DNA from: an uncultured Bacteroidales bacterium
Lineage (GTDB): Bacteria; Bacteroidota; Bacteroidia; Bacteroidales; VadinHA17
Assembly: GCA_963815075.1 (NCBI GenBank)
Contig: CAWFFK010000006.1
Span: 261,258-325,257 of the forward strand
Reading direction: 5' to 3'
DNA: 64,000 nucleotides
Below the pieces are notes generated by a model. The model ran no database searches. It was not told where the DNA came from and saw only the letters and a list, made by a program, of their open reading frames with translations. A program made the position numbers and the translations under genes. Shown piece after piece: positions 37,405 through 46,973 of this stretch; positions within the stretch are counted from its first letter, which is position 1, and each line of letters opens with the position of its first letter.

Positions 37405-39939
37405 TTAAAATGGTTGTTCGGATGCCGGTATCGTAAAATAAAATGTACTTCCCTGTCCGACCTCACTTTGAACCCATATTCTGCCATTATGCTTTACAAC
37501 AAACTCCTTACAGAGAAGTAAGCCGAGTCCGGTACTGGCTTCACCATCTGTACCTTTTCGGCTAGTCTTTTCATTGAGAAGAAACAACTTGCCAATTAGT
37601 TCCGCAGGCATTCCTATTCCATTGTCACTTATACGTATCTCAGTCTCATTATTATCGCTAATCAGGGCTTCCACTCTGACATTTCCCCCGGACGGAGTAA
37701 ATTTAATTGCATTGGATATCAGGTTTCGGATAACGCTATCGAACATGTGTTTATCAGCGACTAATGCCATATCAACAGGAACATATAAATCAATTCCGAT
37801 TTCTTTCTTTCTTGCAGATTCGGTAAGTAAATCAGCGCATTCTTTGATCTCCTTATTAAGATTAAACTTCTCTGGCTCGAAGTCCATGAGCCCTCTTTGA
37901 AGGCGCGACCACTCAAGCAGGTTCTCAAGAAGACTGTAGATATTGGTTGCTGACTCTTTCATGTTGACAGAAATTTCCCGTATTTCCTCGAGGTTCATCG
38001 ACTGTATCTCTTCAGTAAGTATTCGGGTTGCATCTACAAATGAACTTAAGGGACCTCGAAGGTCATGGGCCAGAATTGAAAAAAACTTATCTTTCTCAGC
38101 ATTTATAGCCCGAAGTAATGCATTTTTCGACAGTATCTCCTCTTCTGCCTTTTTTCGTTCAATGGCGATTGCAATCTGGCTTCCAATTGACATCAGGAGT
38201 TTCACATCGTTTTCCGTATAAACATCAGCCTTCTCATAATGCTGAAGAACCATGACCCCTATAACTTTTGAGGGTGCCTGTAAAGGAATACCTATCCATG
38301 AAGGGGAAGGAGAACCAAGCGCCTCCACTTCATCCAGTTCAAGAAGGCGGTTATAAACTTCTTCCGTAAAAAGTAATGGCTTCAAAGTACGGAAAACATA
38401 AGCGGTGCAACTCTTTCTCATCGACGAAGGTGAAGGTGTGGAATCATACTTATCAACAAAATAAGGGAAACTGAAGAGCCTGGTATCATCATTGTACAGT
38501 GCCACAAAAAAATTGTCAGCATTAACGGCTTTGCCAAGAGAATGATGGATCAACTTAAGCAATTCATCTAGGTTCGAAGTTGATGTAACACCCTGGGTAA
38601 TATCATAGATGATCTGGTTTTCCAATTCAGTCCTTTTCCTGCTGGTAATATCGCGTACAATCCCGGTAAAGAATCTGCCTTCAGATGTTTCCCATTCGGA
38701 CAATGACAATTCTATGGGAAAAGCATCCCTGTTCTTTCTCAAACCCGCCAGCTCGAAATGCTTATATTTGTTATATTCCGGTTTTCTTTTTTCAAGCAGG
38801 ATTTTGCTTTTTATATGCTGTTTGATAAAATCTTCGGGAATGATTACATTAAGTGATTCACCAATGATCTCTGTTTCCCTGTATCCAAAAATATTTTCTG
38901 CACCCCTGTTCCATCCAAGAATATTACCGTCATAGTCAATTGTAATGATAGCATCATTGGCTGATTGTGCTACTGACCGGAATCTCTCTTCACTATGTTT
39001 CAGAGTTTCCTCCGCATACTTTTGTTTGGTTATATCTCTTGAAATGCCAAATGTGCCGATTATTTTGCCGTCGTTACTGAACAGGGGCATCTTCATAGCA
39101 TGGAACCATACCGTAGTATTATCCTTTCTGGTTAATTTTTCTTCTTTAATAACAGGCTGGCCAGTCTCTATTATCTTTTGTTCATCATCAAATGCCTTCT
39201 GTGCTGCATCTTCCGTAAAAAAATCAAAATCTGATTTACCAACCGCCTGATCAGGATCATCCAACCCAAACGACTGAGCATGAGCTATATTATTCCTGAT
39301 AAAACAGCTTTTCCTGTCTTTAAAATAGATATGGTCGGGCAGGTTATTCATTATGGCATTAATGATCATCTGCTCCTGCTCAAGAGCCTGTTCTGTTTTC
39401 AGTATCAAAGTGACGTCCCTTGTGACATTCAGTATGTGAGGCACACCATCAATGTCTATAAGAGAAGCCGTCATCAGTCCATTAACCGGGGTACCATCTT
39501 TTCGCCGGAAAACTGCATTGAAGTTGTTTACCTTACCATTCTGTCTGAGCTTTTTTATCAGTTCATCACGATTTTCCGGATTTACCCATATATCCAATTC
39601 AAGGGATGTTTTCCCGACTGCTTCTTCTTCGGAATAGCCTAAAATTTTAGTAAACCCTTCATTAACAGATATATACATTCCATCTGATAATCTGTTAATA
39701 TTGACAGAATCCGGACTTGTCATGAAAGCCGTCTGGCATTTTTCCTCGCTTTTCCTTACTTTATCTTCCAGCGTCTTTATAAGAGACATGTCCTTATAAG
39801 ATTGTTCCTTTAATTCATTATATGATTGCTGCATTTTCAACAAATCAGATATAATGACATTTTTCGATTTGTCTTCGTAATTCATCGCTGTAGTTATTTC
39901 AATTCCCTGATCTGCTGATTTATATTTAAAACCAGACAT
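37405..39939 (-). CDS. cytoplasmic multi-PAS/GAF sensor histidine kinase
   Basis: Three PAS modules, a GAF domain, H-box LAHDLRGPLSS and HATPase (DNGIGM, STGLGLLLC). 844 aa, no TM segment. Confidence 0.85.
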   Translation of the reverse strand: MSGFKYKSADQGIEITTAMNYEDKSKNVIISDLLKMQQSYNELKEQSYKDMSLIKTLEDKVRKSEEKCQTAFMTSPDSVNINRLSDGMYISVNEGFTKILGYSEEEAVGKTSLELDIWVNPENRDELIKKLRQNGKVNNFNAVFRRKDGTPVNGLMTASLIDIDGVPHILNVTRDVTLILKTEQALEQEQMIINAIMNNLPDHIYFKDRKSCFIRNNIAHAQSFGLDDPDQAVGKSDFDFFTEDAAQKAFDDEQKIIETGQPVIKEEKLTRKDNTTVWFHAMKMPLFSNDGKIIGTFGISRDITKQKYAEETLKHSEERFRSVAQSANDAIITIDYDGNILGWNRGAENIFGYRETEIIGESLNVIIPEDFIKQHIKSKILLEKRKPEYNKYKHFELAGLRKNRDAFPIELSLSEWETSEGRFFTGIVRDITSRKRTELENQIIYDITQGVTSTSNLDELLKLIHHSLGKAVNADNFFVALYNDDTRLFSFPYFVDKYDSTPSPSSMRKSCTAYVFRTLKPLLFTEEVYNRLLELDEVEALGSPSPSWIGIPLQAPSKVIGVMVLQHYEKADVYTENDVKLLMSIGSQIAIAIERKKAEEEILSKNALLRAINAEKDKFFSILAHDLRGPLSSFVDATRILTEEIQSMNLEEIREISVNMKESATNIYSLLENLLEWSRLQRGLMDFEPEKFNLNKEIKECADLLTESARKKEIGIDLYVPVDMALVADKHMFDSVIRNLISNAIKFTPSGGNVRVEALISDNNETEIRISDNGIGMPAELIGKLFLLNEKTSRKGTDGEASTGLGLLLCKEFVVKHNGRIWVQSEVGQGSTFYFTIPASEQPF

Positions 39940-40093
39940 CTGTCTTTAACAGAAATTCCCCATAATGCATAAAGCACAAGATATGAATTTCCATAAATTT
40001 TACAATATATCCTTTGATAAGCGGCAAAAAAATTCAGAATAAACAGTGATGATTTGTTTCAACACAGAGAGTTCCGCTATTCAAATTTCTTTA

Positions 40094-40101
40094 TACCTTT
40101 G
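40094..40101 (+). promoter_or_regulatory. candidate -7 promoter box (TAnnTTTG) upstream of the HAD phosphatase gene
   Basis: TACCTTTG lies 18 nt upstream of the ATG at 40119. This is a motif match only. Confidence 0.3.
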
Positions 40102-40118
40102 CGGCGAAAAAAAATGAG

Positions 40119-40718
40119 ATGCAATACGACATAAGGCCCGGGATAAAAGGATTAATATTTGACCTTGATGGTACTCTTGCTGATACGATGCCATATCACT
40201 TTAAAGGATGGAGATCGGCATGCAGAAAATTTGGTGCCGATATTGATACTGCATTTCTGAGAAAACATACAGGTACACCGGGTTGGATAATTGCAGATGA
40301 AATTATTAAAAAGTGCGGCCTTGTAGGAACTGTGACAGTTGATGAGATTATTGAAGAAAAGCTCAATGAGTTTAACAAGGAACAACATCTGGTTAAACCA
40401 ATTTCACCTGTTGTTGGCATCGTAAAAAAATATCATGGCATTTTACCAATGGCGGTTGGCACGGGAGGACACAGAGCAGCTGTTGAAAGAACTCTTGAAA
40501 TTACGGGACTTAAAAAGTACTTCAATATTATAATAACAGCTAACGATGTAGATAATTTTAAGCCACATCCTGAGACTTTTCTCAAATGTGCAAACCTGAT
40601 GAATGTTGATCCACAATTCATTGAGGTCTTTGAGGATGGTGACCTTGGCATCGAGGCAGCTCTTGCTGCAGGAATGATCCCTACAGATGTACGTTCCTGG
40701 TACGATTCAAGCTGGTAG
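40119..40718 (+). CDS. HAD-IA family phosphatase (beta-phosphoglucomutase-like)
   Basis: Motif I IFDLDGTLADT, motif II AVGTGG, motif IV FEDGDLGIEAALAAGM. 199 aa. Confidence 0.8.
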   Translation: MQYDIRPGIKGLIFDLDGTLADTMPYHFKGWRSACRKFGADIDTAFLRKHTGTPGWIIADEIIKKCGLVGTVTVDEIIEEKLNEFNKEQHLVKPISPVVGIVKKYHGILPMAVGTGGHRAAVERTLEITGLKKYFNIIITANDVDNFKPHPETFLKCANLMNVDPQFIEVFEDGDLGIEAALAAGMIPTDVRSWYDSSW

Positions 40719-40730
40719 TAAAATTTTTGC

Positions 40731-40793
40731 TGGGTGCTTGGTGCTAGGTGCTGGGTGCTGGGTGCTGGGTGCTGGGTGCTCGGTGCTGGGTAC
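40731..40793 (+). repeat. heptanucleotide tandem repeat (TGGGTGC) x9
   Basis: Nine contiguous 7-nt units. Five are perfect TGGGTGC. The variants are TTGGTGC, TAGGTGC, TCGGTGC and TGGGTAC. This is the same unit as the 13161 array, in a rotated register. Confidence 0.95.
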
Positions 40794-40822
40794 TCAATAC
40801 TCACATTAAGTATCAATCTTCT

Positions 40823-40906
40823 ACTCACTACTCACTACTCACTACTCACTACTCACTACTCACTACTCACTACTCACCACTCACCACTCACTTCTCAATA
40901 CTCACT
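40823..40906 (+). repeat. heptanucleotide tandem repeat (ACTCACT) about x12, abutting the TGGGTGC array
   Basis: Seven perfect ACTCACT units (40823-40871), then ACTCACC x2, ACTCACT, TCTCAAT, ACTCACT. Degenerate units also occur at 40792-40805. Confidence 0.95.
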
Positions 40907-40915
40907 CCTAATACT

Positions 40916-41851
40916 TCAAGCCAGTATTTTTGTGATCAGGTTGGTTAAACTTGTTTGTATAGCATCAAATGGTTTCCCGTCTTTAGTGCTGTCCTGCTCA
41001 ACAATCATATATTTCATACCTGCAGTCTTCTTCGAGGCCAAAATCCTTTTAAAATCTATAACCCCTTCACCTACAGGTGCAAAGTCATTGCTGATAGTCT
41101 TGAAGAAGTGAGCTTCTTTTGTATACATATCTTTCATATGGAATAGCTGGAACCGTCTCGGATATTTTTTGAACAACTTAACCGGATCCTGGCCTGCCTT
41201 GGTTGCCCAGAAAAGATCTAATTCCATGGTTGTGAGATTCTTATCAAGATCTTTCATGAAAATATCAAAATAAGGGACAACACCATTAATGTTTTCAAAT
41301 TCAAAATTATGATTATGGTAACCGTAAATGATGTCATATTCTTTCATTACCTTACCAACTTTGTTCATTTCCGCCACCATATTATGATAATTCTCGATTG
41401 TCCGATCGGCATCATTTACAAATGGCTGCATACAATACTTTGCGCCAAGTTTTGCATGGTCCTCAGCCATCTTTTTTGCATCGTCCAAAGAAATACCTTT
41501 GGGTCCGAACCCGGCATGAGAACTCAGTATCTCCATTCCAAGATCATTGACAAGCTTCTTAAATTCTGAAGGCTCATAACCGTAGAATTTACCGTTATTG
41601 TAGTCTGCGAGCTCAACATATTTATAACCTATATCCGAAACCTTTTTAAGAGAACCTGGTGCATCAATTTGCATTGCCCCCCTGATAGTATACAACTGAA
41701 GTCCTATTCCGAAAGATTTTGGATCTTTTACCGGTAAATCACCGTCCGGGAAGCTGAAAGGCTTCCAGTTATTTTTTGAAATAAAAAATGCTCCCATTGC
41801 GCCTGTTGCAGACACTCTAAGGAATTCCCTTCTTGAACTTTTTGTTTTCAT
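40916..41851 (-). CDS. Tat-exported sugar phosphate isomerase/epimerase (xylose-isomerase-like TIM barrel)
   Basis: Twin-arginine leader SRREFLRVSATGAMGAFFIS. AP_endonuc_2/TIM-barrel pattern with HNHNFEF and HMKD metal-ligand blocks. Confidence 0.78.
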   Translation of the reverse strand: MKTKSSRREFLRVSATGAMGAFFISKNNWKPFSFPDGDLPVKDPKSFGIGLQLYTIRGAMQIDAPGSLKKVSDIGYKYVELADYNNGKFYGYEPSEFKKLVNDLGMEILSSHAGFGPKGISLDDAKKMAEDHAKLGAKYCMQPFVNDADRTIENYHNMVAEMNKVGKVMKEYDIIYGYHNHNFEFENINGVVPYFDIFMKDLDKNLTTMELDLFWATKAGQDPVKLFKKYPRRFQLFHMKDMYTKEAHFFKTISNDFAPVGEGVIDFKRILASKKTAGMKYMIVEQDSTKDGKPFDAIQTSLTNLITKILA

Positions 41852-41981
41852 CGTTAAACCTGTAAATATTTTATAATGATTTCGTAACTAAAAACATTTT
41901 GCAATTAATATGATAAAAATAATACAATAACTTTAAAGACAAAAGTTAAAAGGAAAAAGACAATAGTAAAGAGTAACAAAG

Positions 41982-42638
41982 TTGATCAAATTAGTCATAA
42001 CCTCAGATGGTTCACATACATTATATGTTCCGGAATTGAAAGAACATTATCATTCTGTATATGGGGCTGTACAGGAATCAGAATTCATATTCATCCGGAA
42101 CGGGTTTGAAATCTGTAAGGCGGATCCGATAAATATTTTTGAGGTGGGTTTCGGCACAGGACTGAATGCACTTCTTACAGCGATACAAAGTATTAAAGGG
42201 AAACGACCTGTAAGCTACACATCGATAGAAAAATATCCGATAAGTGAAGAAATGATAAAAGCCCTTAATCATTCAATCTTTGCAGGTTATGAAGGTAAAA
42301 TAATTTATAATTCAATACACTCGGCACCATGGAATATCATGACAAATATCTGCAGAAATTTCCAGCTGCTTAAAATTAATGAAGATTTTACATCATATTC
42401 AATTACAGGCAGTTATGACCTGATATACTTTGATGCTTTCGGTCCTGACAAACAGCCGGAAATGTGGACCGATAACATGTTTGAGAAAATAGCCTCCATA
42501 ACAAATAAAGAAGGTATTTTAGTTACATATTCCGCTAAAGGGGCGGTGAAAAGGAGCCTAAGGTCCAATGGATTCAATGTTACTTTGCTACCGGGGCCTC
42601 CGGGGAAAAGACAGATGATCAGAGCTGTTAAAATTTAA
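41982..42638 (+). CDS. mnmD: tRNA (5-methylaminomethyl-2-thiouridine)(34) methyltransferase, stand-alone MnmC methyltransferase domain
   Basis: TTG start in the ORF track. Blocks TSDGSHTLY, SAM-binding IFEVGFGTGLN, DLIYFDAFGPDKQPEMW and PGPPGKRQMIRA. Confidence 0.72.
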   Translation: MIKLVITSDGSHTLYVPELKEHYHSVYGAVQESEFIFIRNGFEICKADPINIFEVGFGTGLNALLTAIQSIKGKRPVSYTSIEKYPISEEMIKALNHSIFAGYEGKIIYNSIHSAPWNIMTNICRNFQLLKINEDFTSYSITGSYDLIYFDAFGPDKQPEMWTDNMFEKIASITNKEGILVTYSAKGAVKRSLRSNGFNVTLLPGPPGKRQMIRAVKI

Positions 42639-42708
42639 AATTTATTTTTGCGCATGCTTTTTTACGTTCGGCAAAGTGTTATCTTAGCGGAAATTTAAAA
42701 ATTTAAAA

Positions 42709-43431
42709 ATGTATCTTATGAAAATCAATGGATTAATTGTATTGACAGCTGTAATAGCCTTAATGCTTGACTCTTGTACTAATAGTGCACTTAAAAACGC
42801 AAAACTTAAAAATCAGAATGATTCACTATCTTATGCTATTGGAATTGTCAATTATAATGCTCTTACACAGGATAGCCTTATGCTAGATCCTTTAATTTTT
42901 GCAAAAGCAATGGTCGATGGCAAGCAGGGAAAGGCTTTAATGGCAGATGATATTGCCAGGTCATTTATAATGGGATTTATTAATAAACGCGAAGCAGATA
43001 AAGCCGAGAAGAAAGCGGTTCTTGACAAGGAAGTTTACAAGGATTATATTGCAAAAAATGAGGAATTTCTTGCAAAAAATAAAGAAAAACCAGGCGTAAT
43101 TACCACTGCAAGCGGACTTCAGTACGAAGTGATTAAGTTGGGAACAGGACCAAAACCTACGGCGCAGAATACAGTGAAAGTAAATTACGTTGGAACTCTT
43201 ATTGATGGTACGGAATTTGATTCTTCCATTAAAAAGAATGAACCTGCACAATTTCCTGTTGCTGGCGTCATACCCGGTTGGACAGAAGCGTTGCAGCTAA
43301 TGCCTGTTGGTTCCAAATTTAAGCTTTTTATTCCACCGACCTTAGCTTACGGAGCAACTGGAGCAGGGGATGTTATTAAACCGTATTCAACACTTATATT
43401 TGAAGTTGACCTTCTTGAAATTGTAAAATAA
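42709..43431 (+). CDS. FKBP-type peptidyl-prolyl cis-trans isomerase lipoprotein (FkpA/Mip-like)
   Basis: Lipoprotein-type signal (LMLDSC). FKBP_N helical region. FKBP core GLQYEVIKLGTG..VKVNYVGTLIDGTEFDSS ... LIFEVDLLEI. The start may be the Met at 42718. Confidence 0.88.
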   Translation: MYLMKINGLIVLTAVIALMLDSCTNSALKNAKLKNQNDSLSYAIGIVNYNALTQDSLMLDPLIFAKAMVDGKQGKALMADDIARSFIMGFINKREADKAEKKAVLDKEVYKDYIAKNEEFLAKNKEKPGVITTASGLQYEVIKLGTGPKPTAQNTVKVNYVGTLIDGTEFDSSIKKNEPAQFPVAGVIPGWTEALQLMPVGSKFKLFIPPTLAYGATGAGDVIKPYSTLIFEVDLLEIVK

Positions 43432-43432
43432 T

Positions 43433-43891
43433 ATGGCTAGTGCAGAAATACAAACTCCAAAAGGTACCATGAAAGTAAGCTTTTTTGGAGAAGATGCTCC
43501 GGGTACCGTAGAGAACTTTGTCAACCTTGCAAAAAAAGGATTTTATGACGGACTCGCTTTTCACCGTGTCATACCTGATTTCGTTATCCAGGGAGGATGC
43601 CCTTTCTCAAAGGACATGAAGGATCCGAGGGTTGGGACAGGAGGACCAGGTTACAAGATAAAGTGTGAATTGACCGGAGGTAATCAGTACCATGACAGAG
43701 GTGTCCTTTCAATGGCCCATGCCGGAAGAGACACCGGCGGATCGCAGTTCTTTATTTGCCATAGCCGTGCAAATACAAAGCACCTCGATGGACAACATAC
43801 TTGTTTTGGAAAAGTATATGAAGGAACAGATGTTATAGATAAAATACGTCAAGGTGATAAAATTGAAAAAATAATCATTCACGAAGAATAG
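43433..43891 (+). CDS. cyclophilin-type peptidyl-prolyl cis-trans isomerase
   Basis: FHRVIPDFVIQGG and MAHAGRDTGGSQFFI motifs. 152 aa. Confidence 0.9.
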   Translation: MASAEIQTPKGTMKVSFFGEDAPGTVENFVNLAKKGFYDGLAFHRVIPDFVIQGGCPFSKDMKDPRVGTGGPGYKIKCELTGGNQYHDRGVLSMAHAGRDTGGSQFFICHSRANTKHLDGQHTCFGKVYEGTDVIDKIRQGDKIEKIIIHEE

Positions 43892-43897
43892 AAAGAA

Positions 43898-44278
43898 ATG
43901 GCATTCGAAATTACAGGAAAAGTTATTGACATTTTCCCTGTTAACCAGGTAAGTGACAAATTTAAAAAACGCGAATTTGTTATTGAGAAAAAAGAAACAG
44001 GTGGAGCCGCAGTATTTATAGACTATATCAAGTTTCAGCTTATACAGGATAAATGTGAACTGATCAACGAATCTTTCTTAAATGAAGATGTAAAGATATG
44101 GTTTAATCTAAAAGGCAATAAATGGGAACGTGACGGTAAGATCAACTATTTTACCAACCTTGATGCCTGGAAGATAGAGAAAGTAACGGCATCGGGACGG
44201 GATCAGGATGTTGCTACTCATATAACTCTTGAGGATATACCTCCTGAGAATGATGAGCTAAGCGATTTACCATTTTGA
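43898..44278 (+). CDS. DUF3127 family protein
   Basis: The N-terminus MAFEITGKVIDIFPVNQVSDKFKKREFVIE and an OB-like pattern fit DUF3127. There is an acidic C-terminal tail. Confidence 0.6.
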   Translation: MAFEITGKVIDIFPVNQVSDKFKKREFVIEKKETGGAAVFIDYIKFQLIQDKCELINESFLNEDVKIWFNLKGNKWERDGKINYFTNLDAWKIEKVTASGRDQDVATHITLEDIPPENDELSDLPF

Positions 44279-44291
44279 AAAAGCGATACTG

Positions 44292-44321
44292 AGGCTGTCC
44301 TGATATTGGACAGCCTTTTTA
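44292..44321 (+). terminator. rho-independent terminator-like hairpin
   Basis: Perfect 9-bp stem AGGCTGTCC (44292-44300) / GGACAGCCT (44308-44316), a 7-nt loop, then TTTT. Confidence 0.6.
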
Positions 44322-44333
44322 AAATACAGTATA

Positions 44334-46973
44334 ATGAAATATATCTTTCTTACAATTCTTGTCTTAGCAACTACCTGCATTCAATCGCAGGTGCCACCTG
44401 GTTCACATACATCCGGATCACACCAGTTTCAGCTTCCGTATAACAGAATGATACAGCCAGCCGGCATCCAGATATTCTTTGGTGATGCCTCACGGGAAAA
44501 TCATGCCCTTGATGCTGTCTTGTCACCCGATGGAAAATGGCTGGCGGTGGAAGAAAGGTACAGCGTTGTATTTATAAGTACTACGGATAATAAAATCAAA
44601 TTCATTCTCAGAAATATTGATAACAGGTTGCTGGGAGGCGGAATGAATACATATTCAGGCATTAGCTGGCACGTAGGGAAAGAAGGACCTGAAGTTTTCT
44701 GGAGTGCAATTGGAAGGAATGACAGATCTTTTGTAGTGTCAGCTACCTGGAACGGAAATAGTGCTGAGTTCGGTCAAATGTTTGAATATAAATCGGAACC
44801 GTGGGCTGATATGGCTCTTCCAAATGAGATTCTGATCACTAAAGAATCCAGAAAAGAATATTTATATGTTGTTCTTAATGGTAATAATCAAGTGATCAAG
44901 CAGAACCTTATTAAAGGCGATACTGTTTGGGTTGCCGATCCTGGTGTTGCGCCTTATGGTCTTACTATTGCAGCGGGTAAACTATATGTAACTAATTGGG
45001 CCGGCAGACATCCTGCCAAGGGAGATAATGATGTCGCAGGTATTCCCTGGGGTCTGGCCAGGGTAAATAATGATGCCGGTGGCTCAACCAGGGAAGGTAG
45101 CGTAACTATTATCAACCCGGCAAACGGAAAGATTATAAAGGAAATTCTTGTCGGACTTCACCCAAACGAGATCATAAGCGATAAAGAAGGAAAATTCGTT
45201 TATGTAACCAATTCAAACAGCGATAATGTAACAGTAATTAATACCTCAACAGATAATGTTGAGGAAACAATAAGCGTAAGATTACAACCTGAAATAAATC
45301 CATTCTTCGGTGATTCGCCAAATGGATTGTGCCTCTCATCAGACGGGAAAACATTATTTGTGGCAAATGGAATGGACAATGCTCTGGCTGTAATCAGTCT
45401 TAAGAATACAGGGCTGCCTTATAATGAAAAGAACAGAAGCAGGGTGATCGGATTTCTGCCTACCGCAGCATATCCTTCATCTGTGACAATGTCAGATAAG
45501 GGCACGCTGTATGTGTCAAATCTTGAGGCTATTGGCGCTCGACTTGGACTTCAAAGTAATTCAACAAGCAACCTGATCTATAATTCTCATAATATGCTGG
45601 CTTCGGTTTCGGTCATTCCTTTTCAGAATATGAAAAACCTAAAAGCATACACAGACACTGTAATTGCTGTTAATAATCTTTCCAGAGCAACATCGGTAAT
45701 GCAAAAACCACGTGCATCAGTTCAGCCTGTAGCCGTACCAGCAAGAATTGGAGAACCTTCTGTTTTTAAACATGTTGTATATATAATTAAGGAGAACAGG
45801 ACGTATGACCAGATTCTGGGGGATATGAAACAGGGTAATGGAGATCCGGCTTTATGCGTCTATGGAGCGAATATCACTCCAAACACACATAAACTTGCTT
45901 CAGAATTCATGCTCCTTGACAATTTCCTGGTATCGGGCAAATGTTCAGCAGAAGGACATCAGTGGACTGATGCCTCAATAGTTACCGATTATATTGAAAA
46001 AAACATGAGAGCATGGTTCAGAAGTTATGCACATGTGCAGACAGATGCCCTTGTTTATGCTCCCTCCGGTTTCCTTTGGGATAATGCGATGAGAAGCGGC
46101 AAATCAGTCCGTATTTATGGAGAGGCGTCGGTGCCCTTACTGAAAGAAAAACTCACATGGGCTGACGTTTACAAAAAATACTTAAACGGAGAAAAGGTTG
46201 AGTTCACTAACTACACTACAATTGAACCGGTAAAAAAAATACTCTGCCAGACTTATCCATCTTATGGAGACCATCAGTTTTCTGATGTAATGCGGGCAGA
46301 CGCTTTGATAAAGGAATTGCATGATTTTGAGTCGATGCCTGATGACAAGCTTCCGGAACTGATGGTAGTTGCTTTGCCTAATGATCATACTGCCGGAATG
46401 AGACCCGGATCTCCCACCCCTAAAGCCATGGTTGCCGATAATGATTATGCACTGGGACTTATTGTGGAGGCCTTTTCCGAAAGCAGGTTCTGGAAAAACA
46501 CTGTAATCTTTGTTGTTGAGGATGACTCACAAAATGGATGGGATCATGTTTCTGCTTATCGCACCGTTGCACTCGTGCTAAGCCCCTATTCAAGATCAAG
46601 GAGCACAAATCATACTTACTATACTCAGCCAGCAATGGTCAGGACTATCGAACAGATATTGGGTTTGCAGCCAATGAATATAGAAGATGCAATAGCAAAC
46701 CCAATGACAAATTGTTTCGGGAAAGTTCCTGACTTTACTCCATACAGGGCTCTTAAAAATATTTTTCCGATAGATTCACTTAATCCACCCCTGTTTTCAC
46801 TAAAAGGAAAAGCTCTTCACTTTGCAAAAAAAAGTATGCTTCCTGAATTTGACGGAATTGATAAAGGGAATGATGACCTGCTTAACAGAATTCTCTGGTT
46901 TGCCGAAAAGGGCAATACTCCATATCCTGCAGAATACGCCGGCAAGAATTTGAAGGAGACAGATAATGATTAA
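44334..46973 (+). CDS. secreted bifunctional-type protein: YncE/YVTN-like beta-propeller plus phosphoesterase (PLC/AcpA) family domain
   Basis: Signal peptide. The N-terminal half has repeated propeller-like blocks (LYVTNW, FVYVTNSNSDNVTVIN, LFVANGMDNALAVI, LYVSNLEA). The C-terminal half has the phosphoesterase block HVVYIIKENRTYDQILGD and PNDHTAG. Confidence 0.75.
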   Translation: MKYIFLTILVLATTCIQSQVPPGSHTSGSHQFQLPYNRMIQPAGIQIFFGDASRENHALDAVLSPDGKWLAVEERYSVVFISTTDNKIKFILRNIDNRLLGGGMNTYSGISWHVGKEGPEVFWSAIGRNDRSFVVSATWNGNSAEFGQMFEYKSEPWADMALPNEILITKESRKEYLYVVLNGNNQVIKQNLIKGDTVWVADPGVAPYGLTIAAGKLYVTNWAGRHPAKGDNDVAGIPWGLARVNNDAGGSTREGSVTIINPANGKIIKEILVGLHPNEIISDKEGKFVYVTNSNSDNVTVINTSTDNVEETISVRLQPEINPFFGDSPNGLCLSSDGKTLFVANGMDNALAVISLKNTGLPYNEKNRSRVIGFLPTAAYPSSVTMSDKGTLYVSNLEAIGARLGLQSNSTSNLIYNSHNMLASVSVIPFQNMKNLKAYTDTVIAVNNLSRATSVMQKPRASVQPVAVPARIGEPSVFKHVVYIIKENRTYDQILGDMKQGNGDPALCVYGANITPNTHKLASEFMLLDNFLVSGKCSAEGHQWTDASIVTDYIEKNMRAWFRSYAHVQTDALVYAPSGFLWDNAMRSGKSVRIYGEASVPLLKEKLTWADVYKKYLNGEKVEFTNYTTIEPVKKILCQTYPSYGDHQFSDVMRADALIKELHDFESMPDDKLPELMVVALPNDHTAGMRPGSPTPKAMVADNDYALGLIVEAFSESRFWKNTVIFVVEDDSQNGWDHVSAYRTVALVLSPYSRSRSTNHTYYTQPAMVRTIEQILGLQPMNIEDAIANPMTNCFGKVPDFTPYRALKNIFPIDSLNPPLFSLKGKALHFAKKSMLPEFDGIDKGNDDLLNRILWFAEKGNTPYPAEYAGKNLKETDND

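Noticed and set aside
40731-40906. Whether the tandem arrays here, at 13161-13214 and at 58934-58990 could be CRISPR arrays.
   Set aside because: The units are 7 nt and directly abutting, with no unique spacers of 25-50 nt. No cas genes are in the window. These are microsatellite-like repeats, not CRISPR.
40433-41111. ORF-track entries 40433-40828 (-), 40734-41111 (+) and 40748-40948 (+), with repetitive peptides such as PAPSTQHPAPSTQ and LLTTHYSLLTTHYS.
   Set aside because: They are translations of the 7-nt tandem arrays, where a heptamer repeat reads as a 7-aa repeat in every frame. They overlap each other and the real flanking genes, so they are not credible CDS.
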